Shown: positions 28,631 to 38,365 of the stretch, piece by piece
Position numbering within the stretch: the first letter of the stretch is position 1
How the letters are laid out: the number at the start of each line of letters is the position of its first letter
NCBI GenBank assembly: GCA_965242865.1
Contig: CBDETK010000013.1
Span: forward strand, 1,056,001-1,120,000
Direction: 5' to 3'
DNA: 64,000 nucleotides
DNA from: Candidatus Latescibacterota bacterium
GTDB taxonomy: Bacteria > Latescibacterota > UBA2968 > UBA8231
The notes under the pieces: model-generated
Database searches by the model: none
Seen by the model: only the letters and a program-made list of their open reading frames with translations
Told to the model about the DNA's origin: nothing
Program-made: the position numbers and the translations under genes

Positions 28631-31600
28631 AAGCCGCCATGATTAGGGTTGTCAGGGGCAAATTGCCCTCGTAGAAATTGAGTTGTTCGGAGGTGAGACC
28701 GCGCATGAGAATCCTTTTGCTAGGGATGATTGGGACTTGCCTAATGTACGATTTTGTAGATGGGGGCAACAAGTTCGGGCCTGCCTTGATAGACTTCGAT
28801 GATTCTACCTATTTTTGCGTTTACATTACCGAGACGAGGCTCAGGCGAGTTGATAGATTGCCTGTTGGCCGCTAAACTAAGCACCGCTGGAGTAAGCTAG
28901 CGACGCTGCATCTCTCTAATCACAAGGAAACGTAACACCGCCCAACGCAAAAGGGACAACCGTGAAATTCACTGACGAGCAACGCGATCACATTGCAAAG
29001 ATCGGAGCCTTTCTTCTTAAAGCCTTACACGAGATCGCCCAATGGGCCGATGGCCAGTTAAAACGCGAACAACGAGTGGACAGATCGTCGAACGAAACTA
29101 CCCAGTTATCTATCTGGGCAACCTCGGCCGAGGTCCGCCGAGGAGAAGAATTGCTTCGTCGAGAACCAGCAATCGCGCGGGTCGTGGTTCAGTGGGATCA
29201 ACCAAACCAGAACAAAGAAACGTTTCTCTTTTGCCGAGGAGTATCCGCGGGAGCACCAAAGGTCGATGGGGTCTTTTTAGTATCCGCCAGAGCACCCTTC
29301 GGGCGGCTCGCCGCACACGAGCCCGGCGATATGGTCACAGTACAAATTCACGGCAAGGAACGTACGGGCAAGATCATAGATCGGCAAAAATGGTTTCCGA
29401 TCCACCTCGATGACTGGGATGCAAAGGACTGCGAGTATGAGGTAGAAGCATGGCAAGAGATAGTCACCTCGGTCCGGGACTTTGTCGAGGTCAAGAATGT
29501 GCAGCAACCTACTAGAGAGAGACCGCTGGACACCATCTATGTTTTAGCAGAGGAACAAGAGAAAGTACATAGAGAGAGACTCCGAAGGGCGATTAGCCGG
29601 ATCGAGCTACGGGACCAGCCTATTCTAGACAAGCATCAGGACGAGATATTCCGAATGCCCTTGAATCACCGTATCCTGCTGCTCGGGCCTCCCGGGACCG
29701 GCAAGACCACCACACTCATCAAGCGTATAGCACAGAAGCAAACCCTATCAGAGCTCCCCGAAGACGAGGCCCACCTTGTGCAATCAGCAAATCTCGACGA
29801 GAAGTGGGCCATGTGGGCCATGTATTCGCCTACCGAACTGCTCACGCTTTATCTAAGGGAGGCCTTCAACCGAGAAGACGTACCAGTCACGGGTCAGCTC
29901 AAAACATGGCAACGTGAGCGTCGAGATCTTGCCAGAAACGTAATACCGATACTGAAGAAGGAATCGGGGAGCCGGGGGGGTCGTTTCCGCGAGGACGAAG
30001 ACGCCACAAGACCGATACTTCAAAGCCTGACGAGTCCATCAATTTCGACTCTGCACGACAAATTCGCAGAGTTCCACTTAGCACGGGAAATCAATCGTTG
30101 CAGAGACGCCATTCGCATCATCAGGCTATCGGAGGAGACGGAGAGTCAGAAGCTATCAGATTTCCTACAAAATCACCTACGCATCGAAGAAATCCCCTTG
30201 TATGTCGTCTTCCAACGACTGTGTCCGTCGCCAGATCTACTGAGGACAGTTGAACAGCGAATCCGAGCAGAAGTAAAGGAGTGGACCGATCGAGAGGTGA
30301 ACCGAATCCTACAGGTCAATCAAGAGGAGCTGTTGGAGCAACTGCGTCGTTTTATCGTTATCGCCGAGGGCGACCCATTAGAGGAAGACTCTGACGACGA
30401 TGACGATACCGATGACGAATTGCAGGTGTCCCCATCTTCTCCAGCCGAACCGCCGGCTATACTCAACATGCGTGCTGTCAATCTCCTTATTAGTACGCTG
30501 AGGACTTACGCCGTAAGTGTAGCCCGCAGTGAGCCACTACGAAAACGTGCCCGAGAGATCACGGCAATCATAGAGGAACTGTTACCCCCATCGGACACTG
30601 CATCCAAGATAGGTCGGCGGATTCTGCTACAGCGTGCGCTCAGGGTACTCATTAATGCCCCCCAGCGCTGGGTGCGCGACGTGGCTGCATCCTACTCGCA
30701 ATTTCGCAGGAAGCACCCAGAGCTGTACTTAACTGATACTGCGGATCGTGGCGATTCGATCTCGGGCGATGAGTTGGACATGCTGATTCTCCTCTCCCTG
30801 CGCAACGCGAGGATAATCCAGATGGGCCTAAGAGGTAGTCAACAACTTGGTTGGTTGTCGAGAATCACGGAGTCCTATGTCCCTCAAGTCTATGTAGATG
30901 AGGCGACAGACTTCTCGGCAGTGCAGTTGGCAGTCCTAATGGAACTCTCTCACCCTAGCCTACGATCTTGGTTCGCATGTGGAGACTTCCGGCAGCGCAT
31001 TACACTCACTGGTATCCAGTCGGAGTCCGAGCTTCGCTGGATCGAGAAGACCTGTGGACTCGAATCCAAAATAGAACTCAAGCATATAGAAATTCCTTAT
31101 CGGCAAAGCAAGCGCATGCAAGAATTCTCAGAGGCGATCAATCCAGATCTCCCCATCCTACAGGATGGGACGCAATCGGCCCATCAAGATGATCCCCCAC
31201 CACTTCTCTTGGAAAGCACCGATCGAGCTATGACGGCCTCTTGGCTTGCACAGCGAGTTGCCGAGATTGAAAAGGCACTTAGAAGCCTGCCTTCTATCGC
31301 CGTGTTAGTCAACGGAGACGATAAGATCAAACCTACGGTTGAAGCAGCAACAGAGCCGTTCCGAGACTATAATATAAAGATCGTTGGATGCCCTGAAGGA
31401 CGGATCGTCGGTTCCGGTCAGGAGATCCGGGTGTTTGACGTAAAGTACATCAAGGGGCTAGAGTTTGAGGCTGTATTTTTTATTGACCTAGACGAATTCG
31501 CCAATGTTGAGCCCGCCTTGTTCCACAGGTTCTTCTACGTCGGTGCCACAAGGGCCGCGACATATTTAGGTATCACCTGCCAAAACAAGCTACCGGACCG

Positions 31601-31969
31601 GCTCGCACCCGCGAGGTCCCTATTCTCTGAAGGTGGCTGGTCTTAGCGGTGCATCATGTCGATGGAACTTGCAAGCGCGGCCCGTGCTTGACGGAGCCGG
31701 GCACTAAAAAGAGCCGCTGAACTATTGAGAAGTATCTTCCGTTCGCCGCTCTCAGCAGGGGCGCGGTGCATCCCCCGTGAACATATCTGGGTTCTGCCAA
31801 AGCTCGCTTGACGAGCGCGGAGGCCCCCGTGGTTAGATCGGGGAATGTGGATTCAATCAGCACCGCCCCACACCCGCCGGGCCGATGCCCCGCCCCTGCC
31901 TCTCATGGCGATATGCGAGGGCCATCCCCTAACCCACCTCTCTCTACTGATTAAGCCGCCATGATCAGG
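28631..31969. mobile_element. 3.3-kb genomic islet bounded by 17-bp direct repeats
   Basis: AAGCCGCCATGATTAGG (28631-28647) and AAGCCGCCATGATCAGG (31953-31969); interior visibly lower in GC and on the opposite strand to the operon. Confidence 0.7.
28962..31646 (+). CDS. Superfamily-1 (UvrD/HelD-like) helicase/ATPase
   Basis: GPPGTGKTT, VDEATDFS, GDFRQ, YRQS, IKGLEFEAV, FYVGATRA. Confidence 0.88.
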   Translation: MKFTDEQRDHIAKIGAFLLKALHEIAQWADGQLKREQRVDRSSNETTQLSIWATSAEVRRGEELLRREPAIARVVVQWDQPNQNKETFLFCRGVSAGAPKVDGVFLVSARAPFGRLAAHEPGDMVTVQIHGKERTGKIIDRQKWFPIHLDDWDAKDCEYEVEAWQEIVTSVRDFVEVKNVQQPTRERPLDTIYVLAEEQEKVHRERLRRAISRIELRDQPILDKHQDEIFRMPLNHRILLLGPPGTGKTTTLIKRIAQKQTLSELPEDEAHLVQSANLDEKWAMWAMYSPTELLTLYLREAFNREDVPVTGQLKTWQRERRDLARNVIPILKKESGSRGGRFREDEDATRPILQSLTSPSISTLHDKFAEFHLAREINRCRDAIRIIRLSEETESQKLSDFLQNHLRIEEIPLYVVFQRLCPSPDLLRTVEQRIRAEVKEWTDREVNRILQVNQEELLEQLRRFIVIAEGDPLEEDSDDDDDTDDELQVSPSSPAEPPAILNMRAVNLLISTLRTYAVSVARSEPLRKRAREITAIIEELLPPSDTASKIGRRILLQRALRVLINAPQRWVRDVAASYSQFRRKHPELYLTDTADRGDSISGDELDMLILLSLRNARIIQMGLRGSQQLGWLSRITESYVPQVYVDEATDFSAVQLAVLMELSHPSLRSWFACGDFRQRITLTGIQSESELRWIEKTCGLESKIELKHIEIPYRQSKRMQEFSEAINPDLPILQDGTQSAHQDDPPPLLLESTDRAMTASWLAQRVAEIEKALRSLPSIAVLVNGDDKIKPTVEAATEPFRDYNIKIVGCPEGRIVGSGQEIRVFDVKYIKGLEFEAVFFIDLDEFANVEPALFHRFFYVGATRAATYLGITCQNKLPDRLAPARSLFSEGGWS

Positions 31970-32673
31970 TAGGAAAGCCACTCGGCGTGTGGGTTGCGAA
32001 TCGCGTAGCGCGTACCCGGGGGCAGGTGGATCATATCGCCTTCCCGAATCGCCCGCTCGTCGCCGTCGGCTGCCAAGACGCCGCTGTTTTCCAGCACGTA
32101 ATAGACCTGCTCCAGCTCGGAGCAGCAGCGCTCGACCGCCCGTCCGCGGGGCTGGACGGCCTCGCGGTCAATGCAGCGCAGCCCCTGCGTAAAGCCCACG
32201 CCCTCCTCGCCAACCGGCCCGAGTTGATGCCAGCGCACGGCCCCCGCGCCGTCGCTTATCGCCGGCACATCGCGCCAGTTGCGGATGGCAAACTCCCCGC
32301 TGTTGGCCGCGATCCGTTGGCTGATCACGTGGTGTTCGAGCCAGTCCTCGCTGGTGTCGTTGAACATCTGGTGATGGACGCCCGACGGCAGGTACACTGC
32401 GTCGCCCTCTTGCACGGGGAAGCGCTCTTTGTCAAAGAGCACGTGGCCCCGGCCCGACAGCACGTAGTACACCTGTTCGAGGTTTTCGTGCTTGTGGTAA
32501 TCCGAATTCTTGCGGCCCTGCAGCGCGTGGCGGGCAAAGCCCTGCAGCCGCGCTAGGCAATGGCGCGGCTCCGGGTCGTTGTCGCCGTCGGGGTCGCGCA
32601 ACCCGCCCCAATGCACCGCGCTCAGATGGGCTATGTTGGGTTGGACATCGCGCCAGTTGATGATGTATGTCAC
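31951..32673 (-). CDS. Bicupin domain protein
   Basis: Two LEQVYYVL..G...EGD...LP.G repeats. Confidence 0.88.
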   Translation of the reverse strand: MTYIINWRDVQPNIAHLSAVHWGGLRDPDGDNDPEPRHCLARLQGFARHALQGRKNSDYHKHENLEQVYYVLSGRGHVLFDKERFPVQEGDAVYLPSGVHHQMFNDTSEDWLEHHVISQRIAANSGEFAIRNWRDVPAISDGAGAVRWHQLGPVGEEGVGFTQGLRCIDREAVQPRGRAVERCCSELEQVYYVLENSGVLAADGDERAIREGDMIHLPPGTRYAIRNPHAEWLSYLIMAA

Positions 32674-32699
32674 GTCTCATTCCTCCTGTGTAAGTGCGT

Positions 32700-33491
32700 T
32701 TACAAAGCGGCGATTTGGCGCATGCGCCGGCCGAGATCGATGAGTTCTTCGCGGCTGCCGCCCACCTCGTGAATCAGGGTGGAATCGTAGCCCACCGCTC
32801 GCAGGGCGGCCATGACCGCCGGCCAGTCCGTATCCCCATCGAGCAGGTTGACAAAGCGGTGCTCGCCGCGGCGGAAATCCTTGAAGTGGACCTTCTTGAT
32901 GCGCGGCCCCAGCTCGCGGATCCAGTGTTCTGGGTAGCCGTAGGCCATCATGTTGGCCGTGTCGAGGTAAATCCCCACCCAGTCGCTGCCGACTTCATCG
33001 ACGAAAACCCGAGCTTCGCGCGGACTGAGCAGGAACTTGTTCCAGACGTTTTCCAAGCCAATGGCCGCCCCCATCTGCTCGGCCAAGGGGGCGGTGTCAA
33101 TCAGCGCGTCCCGCAACCCATCCCAAGCCTGCTGATAGGTCCCTTCGACCGCGAGTTGGCCCGGGTGCAACAACACCCCATTGACCGACAGCGCGCCGGC
33201 GATCTCGAGCGAGCGTCGCAAGCACTGGAGGCACCGCTCCCGCTCGCTGGCATCGCGGCTGAGCAGGTTGCCGCGCTCAGGATACCAGACGATGACGCTG
33301 CCGATGGCAACGCCCGCGTCCGCGCACTGCCGCCCGACCAGCGCGAGCTCGTCGGCGCTCATGCTCGGGTCGAGGTCCTTGCCCTCGGCAAAGACCAATT
33401 CCACGGCTTGGTAGCCCGCGTCCGCGCACAACCGCAGCGTGTCCGCCAGCGACATGCTGCCCAAGACGATTTGGGTAATCCCTATTTTCAT
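32700..33491 (-). CDS. Sugar phosphate isomerase/epimerase (xylose-isomerase-like TIM barrel)
   Basis: IGLENVWNKFLLSP, YLDTANM, VHFKDF. Confidence 0.9.
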   Translation of the reverse strand: MKIGITQIVLGSMSLADTLRLCADAGYQAVELVFAEGKDLDPSMSADELALVGRQCADAGVAIGSVIVWYPERGNLLSRDASERERCLQCLRRSLEIAGALSVNGVLLHPGQLAVEGTYQQAWDGLRDALIDTAPLAEQMGAAIGLENVWNKFLLSPREARVFVDEVGSDWVGIYLDTANMMAYGYPEHWIRELGPRIKKVHFKDFRRGEHRFVNLLDGDTDWPAVMAALRAVGYDSTLIHEVGGSREELIDLGRRMRQIAAL

Positions 33492-33597
33492 CAGTATAGC
33501 TCCCTCCTTTTAGACAGAAACGCCCGGCCTAGCCCGTTTGAAGCCCAGGTGCAAAATCGCTACGTTTGTCCCCCTAACTTCAACAAAGGAGGCCATC

Positions 33598-34488
33598 ATG
33601 GCAGAAACAATCGGCTTTGTCGGCGTCGGGCGCATGGGGGCCAACATGGCCCGCAACCTCGCGGACAAAGGCTTCAACCTCTCGGCGGTATTCGACGCCC
33701 ATGCGGCCACGGCCCAAGCACTAGCCCAAGAGCTGGGCTGCGCCGCTCCCCCAACCCTCGCCGAGGTCACGGCCCAATCGGACGTGGTCATCACCGTGGT
33801 GACGGACGACGCAGCCATGCGCTCCATTTTCGCCCCTTCCGGCGACTCCCTGCTCGCCGCGGCCGCGGGCACGACCTTTATCAACTGCGCCACCATTTCG
33901 CCGGCCATCCACGTAGAGGTCGAAGCGCGCGCCGCGGCCGTCGGGGCCTCCTCGCTCGAAGGCTGCATGGCCTCTAGTATCACCCAAGCCCGCGAGGGCA
34001 CCCTGTACCTAATGTGCGGCGGCCAGCGCAGCGTCTTTGACCAAGTGCGGTCCATCCTCGACGCCCTGAGCGTTGACTTGCTGTACATCGGCCCGGCCGG
34101 CCAAGCGGCCCAAGTCAAGGCCCTCGTCAACATGGTCATGAACATCAACACGGCCGGGCTAGCCGAAGGGCTGGGACTAGGGCAAGCCCTCGGACTGGAC
34201 CTAGCCGTGCTGATGAAGGTCTTTTCCCAGACCGGCGCGAACTCGCGGGTGCTGGAAACCGACGGCGAGGACATGACCATCCGCGACCACGAGTGCTATT
34301 TCTCCGCCGACCACGCGGCCAAAGACTCCGGCATCGCCCTCGAACTGGCGCGCCAAGCCGGCCTCAGCCTGCCGCTGGCGCGAGCGACCAAGGATCAGTA
34401 CGAAAAAATGAAAACGCTGGGCTTGGGCGACCTCGACAAATCGGGCGTGGCCGAGCTGACCTTTCCCGGTCGCAAGGGCACCACCTAG
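33598..34488 (+). CDS. NAD(P)-dependent beta-hydroxyacid dehydrogenase (MmsB-like)
   Basis: IGFVGVGRMGANMARNL; AGGAGG RBS. Confidence 0.9.
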   Translation: MAETIGFVGVGRMGANMARNLADKGFNLSAVFDAHAATAQALAQELGCAAPPTLAEVTAQSDVVITVVTDDAAMRSIFAPSGDSLLAAAAGTTFINCATISPAIHVEVEARAAAVGASSLEGCMASSITQAREGTLYLMCGGQRSVFDQVRSILDALSVDLLYIGPAGQAAQVKALVNMVMNINTAGLAEGLGLGQALGLDLAVLMKVFSQTGANSRVLETDGEDMTIRDHECYFSADHAAKDSGIALELARQAGLSLPLARATKDQYEKMKTLGLGDLDKSGVAELTFPGRKGTT

Positions 34489-34501
34489 TAGCTGATTTGC
34501 G

Positions 34502-34532
34502 AGGGGCAGGTCGCCATCGCCGGCCTGCCCCT
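34502..34532. terminator. Hairpin between convergent genes
   Basis: AGGGGCAGG...CCTGCCCCT. Confidence 0.5.
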
Positions 34533-34538
34533 TCCGCG

Positions 34539-35546
34539 CTAGATTCGCCCGTGTCGGATGTCCACCATCCGCTGGGTCAGTTCAAACCGCAGCGCTTCTC
34601 CGCTAAAAAATCGCACGAATTCATCGACCATCACCGAGAAATAGCGGCCAAACGTCTCGGGCGCGTACCACGCGATATGGGGGCTGACAAAGACATTGGG
34701 CAGGCCGCGCAGGAGGCTGTCTTTAGGCAGCGGCTCCGGGTCAAAGACATCGAGTCCGGCGATGAGCTCGCCCCGCGCGAGCCGCTGCGTCAGTTCGTCG
34801 TAATCCACGACCGGCCCGCGACAGCAATTGATCAGGATGCGGCCCCGGCCCAACAAATCGAGCGCCCGCGCATCGATCATCTTTTCGGTCTTGGGCGTGT
34901 GCGGCACTTGAACGACGAGGATGTCGGCGTGTTGCAACACCTCGTCGAGCGAGCCGCGCACCAAGCCCAACTCAGCAGCCACATCCTCGGGCAAATACGG
35001 GTCGGCAACCCGCAGGTCCACCCGAAAGGGGCCGAGCAATGCGACCAACCGCTGGCCCACGTGCCCGCAGCCGACCAACCCGACCTTCTTGCCGGTCAAT
35101 TCGCCGTGGACAAAATCGTCGTTGCCCGCCTGCGCCCACTGCTCCTCACCCGCCATCATCTGCCGATAGACCGCGGCCCCATTGCGTAGGCACAAAAGCA
35201 TCAGGGCCAAGTCCCACTCAGCCACTGGCGCGGCCGAGGCAATGTTATCGGTATCCACGGCGAGCACCCCGCACTCCCGCGCGGCCGCCAAGTCAAGGCC
35301 CGTGCCAAAGCGATCGCCGCTGACGCCGACGATCCGCAAGTCCGGGGCTGCTGCAAACACCGCCCGCGTCAGCTCGGGCAGCCGCCCCCCGAGGCGAATC
35401 ACACCTTCACAACCAGCCAACGCCTCAATCAGAGCCTGCTCGGACAAGGCTTCCGCCGGCTCGACAACCTCAACCACTTCCCCTAGACGCACCAAATCCT
35501 CTCGCCGCGCATACCCATGCGGATCCACCAACACCTTAGGCTTCAT
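34539..35546 (-). CDS. D-2-hydroxyacid dehydrogenase family protein
   Basis: KKVGLVGCGHVG, LINCCRG, GLDVFDPEPL, SPHIAW. Confidence 0.9.
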   Translation of the reverse strand: MKPKVLVDPHGYARREDLVRLGEVVEVVEPAEALSEQALIEALAGCEGVIRLGGRLPELTRAVFAAAPDLRIVGVSGDRFGTGLDLAAARECGVLAVDTDNIASAAPVAEWDLALMLLCLRNGAAVYRQMMAGEEQWAQAGNDDFVHGELTGKKVGLVGCGHVGQRLVALLGPFRVDLRVADPYLPEDVAAELGLVRGSLDEVLQHADILVVQVPHTPKTEKMIDARALDLLGRGRILINCCRGPVVDYDELTQRLARGELIAGLDVFDPEPLPKDSLLRGLPNVFVSPHIAWYAPETFGRYFSVMVDEFVRFFSGEALRFELTQRMVDIRHGRI

Positions 35547-36595
35547 CTTGTGCCTTCTGTGCCTTCTGTGCCTCTTGTGGCATCCCCCCGCCCACCGAGC
35601 CATTCCACCGCCGCCTGCCGCCGCGCCTCCGCCGTCTTTGCGCTAGCCGGCAAGCGGTGCAATTCCCAAGCGATCTCGTGCGTCAAGGTCTCGCCCACCT
35701 GCAAATAGACCCAAGGACTCAACAGCTCTAGTTCGGTGTAATCCGGGCAGGTATAGACCTCGGCACTCAACCCCCCGTCTGGGTAGTGCTGGGTCCCATC
35801 GCGGCGAAAGAACTCGGCCATGACCACGTCGCCGACAATCCCGGCCAGCCAGCGGTCCGAATCGGCCCCGGTCTTCTGCGCCTCCACCGGGTCGGGCACA
35901 AAAATGCCGAGGTCGCCCTCAACGGTGAAGTTGCGCTGGGCCGCGCCCTCGGCAAAACCAAAGGGATGATAGCGCAACTCAAAGTGACTGTGCGGATTGA
36001 GCGGATACAGGGTCTGTTCGGGCTGCTGGATCTGGGTGACGTTCCAAATTGTGTAGCGCAACGGCTCGACTTGGGCGGCGGCCCGCTTTTCGAGCCGCTG
36101 GTGAATTTCCACTCGCGTCCCCCGCTCGGCCAAGCGAATCGCCCGCACGCTACGCGCCCCGTTGTACTCGCTCACCGGGCTGGTGATCACCACCCCCTCG
36201 GGCCGCAACTCAACCTCGTGGGCCGCGCCGTCGAACGCGTGGTCCGGCGGCCAAGCGTGCCCGTTGATTTTGACAAACTCGCTCTGCTGGTTGGGCCAGA
36301 CCTTGTCGCCGCCGAAATTGGTCCACGTGAACTGGCCTTCCTCATCGACGTTGGGGCGACCGTCGGGCAGCACTTGGCCGTAGAGCGCGGGATTGGTCCA
36401 GAGGATGTTTTCGCCTCCGACGAATCCGTAGTACATGATGCGACCAATGGCTGGCACCACGACGACGCGCACATCGGGATTGGCAATTTCAATTGAGTTG
36501 GGCCAGCCTTCGTATTCGATTTCCTCGACCGTGACTTGGGCCAGTGCCGGCACGGCCAGCACCGTCAACACACTGCACAGGTTCATTCGCTTCAT
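35543..36595 (-). CDS. Exported DUF4380-like (aldose epimerase-fold) protein
   Basis: Signal peptide, VVVPAIGRIM, NFGGDKVWP, YTELELLSP. Confidence 0.7.
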   Translation of the reverse strand: MKRMNLCSVLTVLAVPALAQVTVEEIEYEGWPNSIEIANPDVRVVVVPAIGRIMYYGFVGGENILWTNPALYGQVLPDGRPNVDEEGQFTWTNFGGDKVWPNQQSEFVKINGHAWPPDHAFDGAAHEVELRPEGVVITSPVSEYNGARSVRAIRLAERGTRVEIHQRLEKRAAAQVEPLRYTIWNVTQIQQPEQTLYPLNPHSHFELRYHPFGFAEGAAQRNFTVEGDLGIFVPDPVEAQKTGADSDRWLAGIVGDVVMAEFFRRDGTQHYPDGGLSAEVYTCPDYTELELLSPWVYLQVGETLTHEIAWELHRLPASAKTAEARRQAAVEWLGGRGDATRGTEGTEGTR

Positions 36596-36605
36596 CTTAG
36601 CCTCC

Positions 36606-37736
36606 TCATCTGAGCGCTGAAACGCCGCCGCCGCGGACCGCACGCGCCACTTCTTTTTCCACGTCGTCTCGCGTGACCATGGTGGTATCGCCGATGCACT
36701 CCTGCACCAAGATGCCGTGCGCCGCACCCCACTGCACGGCATCGGCCGCCCCTCGGCCATCGAGCAGCGCGGCGATCACGCCCGAGGCAAAGGAATCGCC
36801 GCCGCCGGTGCGATCGGCGATTTCGATGTTTTCGCGCACGGCCGCTTCGTAGATTTTGCCCTCCTCCACGTCAAAGAGCACCGCGCCCCAGTTAATGCGG
36901 TCGGCCGTCAGTGCCCCGCGCAACTGGGTGCCGATGTACTTGAGGTTTGGATAGTCGTTGGCGACTTGGTGCAGCATCTTGGTGTAAATCGCCAACCACT
37001 GCTCAAAGCCGGCGTCCTTGGCCACCTTTTCGGTTTCGTAGCCCAGCGCGTCGTCAAAGTCGTCTTGGTTGCCGACGAGGAACTCGACGTGCGGCACAAT
37101 AGCGCGATTGATCTGGCGGGCGCGCTCCTTGTTCGGCTCCACCTTGGAGCGGTAGTTGAGGTCAAAGGAGCGACCGGCACCGTGCTCGCCGGCTTTCTGC
37201 ATGGCCTCTTGCGCCAGCGCGGCCGTCTTCTCCGACAGCAAGGTGTAAATCCCGCCGGTGCTAAACCAGCGCGTTCCCAACGCGCCGAAAAGATGATCCC
37301 AGTCCACGTCGCCCGGCCCGATCGCGCGCACCGGCGTATGGGCGCGATAGTATTCGGTCACCGACGGCAAGACGCCCTTGCCGGCCCAAGTGAAGTTGAT
37401 CCCGTTGTGCAAGGTTCCCTTGGCGTCGGTGCTGAATTGGCCCTTGCCGCCATTGTCAAACCAGATGATATGCTTGGTGTCGAGCCCGGCTTCGCGCAGT
37501 TGATTTTCAATGTTGCGGCCGACCCCGTCGTCCACAAGGGCCGTAATGACGGCCGCACGCAAGCCAAAGCAATAGCTCAAGCCCTCGGCGACATTGGTCT
37601 CGCCGCCTCCGTGCCAAATCCGGGCGGTGCGCGCCCGAGCCGTGGGCACAGAGCCGGGATCGACGCGCATGAGAACTTCGCCTAAGGCGATGGCGTCGTA
37701 ATGGGTTTGATCGGCTGATTTGAGTTGAATGGTCAT
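36606..37736 (-). CDS. PfkB-family sugar kinase (KdgK-like)
   Basis: LGEVLMR, GGGETNVA, SFDLNYR, DRTGGGDSFASG. Confidence 0.9.
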   Translation of the reverse strand: MTIQLKSADQTHYDAIALGEVLMRVDPGSVPTARARTARIWHGGGETNVAEGLSYCFGLRAAVITALVDDGVGRNIENQLREAGLDTKHIIWFDNGGKGQFSTDAKGTLHNGINFTWAGKGVLPSVTEYYRAHTPVRAIGPGDVDWDHLFGALGTRWFSTGGIYTLLSEKTAALAQEAMQKAGEHGAGRSFDLNYRSKVEPNKERARQINRAIVPHVEFLVGNQDDFDDALGYETEKVAKDAGFEQWLAIYTKMLHQVANDYPNLKYIGTQLRGALTADRINWGAVLFDVEEGKIYEAAVRENIEIADRTGGGDSFASGVIAALLDGRGAADAVQWGAAHGILVQECIGDTTMVTRDDVEKEVARAVRGGGVSALR

Positions 37737-37771
37737 GTACCTTTTTCCTCCTTGTGTAATTGTAATTGGCG

Positions 37772-38365
37772 TTATGGTAGGTTGCCCAATGCACAGAGCC
37801 GTTCGACAAAGTAATCGGCACTAGGGCACTGGGCGTGTTGGGCGGCTCGTCTGACATCAAACCTGTGGTCGCGAATGAATTTTCTGGTAAAAACGAATCG
37901 GTCTTTCCCCGGCCCTCTGCCTTTTGCGTCGCGAAGTTCCTTCAGCCGATCCCAAGGCATTCCCGCCAGCGTTTCCGGGGCGGCCTCCCAGAAGGTGTCG
38001 TCGCCCAACCATCGACGCATGGCCTCTGTATCGGCGAGAAACCAAGATTCTATCGCCTTTCTCGCAATTGCGACTAAATCAATGTCTTGGGAACCAATAA
38101 TGTCCTTGCGCGCTTGCACGCACGGCGCACAGGTATCGGGATCGAGGTCGGCCAGTACAACCACCTTGTCGGGGTTTGCCTCCGCCCTAAGATTCCCGAC
38201 GAGGACTCCGATATTACGGCTGCACATATTACCGCTCCCAGCCGCATCAATCACCGGATCAACCACTTCCAAGTTGCAATCTTCGCGTAGCCATTGCCGA
38301 AACACTGCGCTTTGGACTAGCCGCTTTTCTGAGTCCCCTTCCACCACGAATCCCACAGTCACCAT
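37772..38365 (-). CDS. DUF4276/RloB-like TOPRIM-type partner protein
   Basis: VGFVVEGDSE, LADLD, AIESWFLAD; directly downstream of the AAA ATPase. Confidence 0.7.
   Translation of the reverse strand: MVTVGFVVEGDSEKRLVQSAVFRQWLREDCNLEVVDPVIDAAGSGNMCSRNIGVLVGNLRAEANPDKVVVLADLDPDTCAPCVQARKDIIGSQDIDLVAIARKAIESWFLADTEAMRRWLGDDTFWEAAPETLAGMPWDRLKELRDAKGRGPGKDRFVFTRKFIRDHRFDVRRAAQHAQCPSADYFVERLCALGNLP

Noticed and set aside
31654-31863. 69-aa ORF at the right end of the helicase islet
   Set aside because: No recognisable motif or RBS; probably spurious or a remnant.
32694-33977. Long shadow ORFs overlapping real genes (e.g. 32694-33977, 36717-37685, 41088-42158)
   Set aside because: They overlap well-supported genes on the opposite strand or in another frame, lack motifs, and are expected in high-GC DNA.
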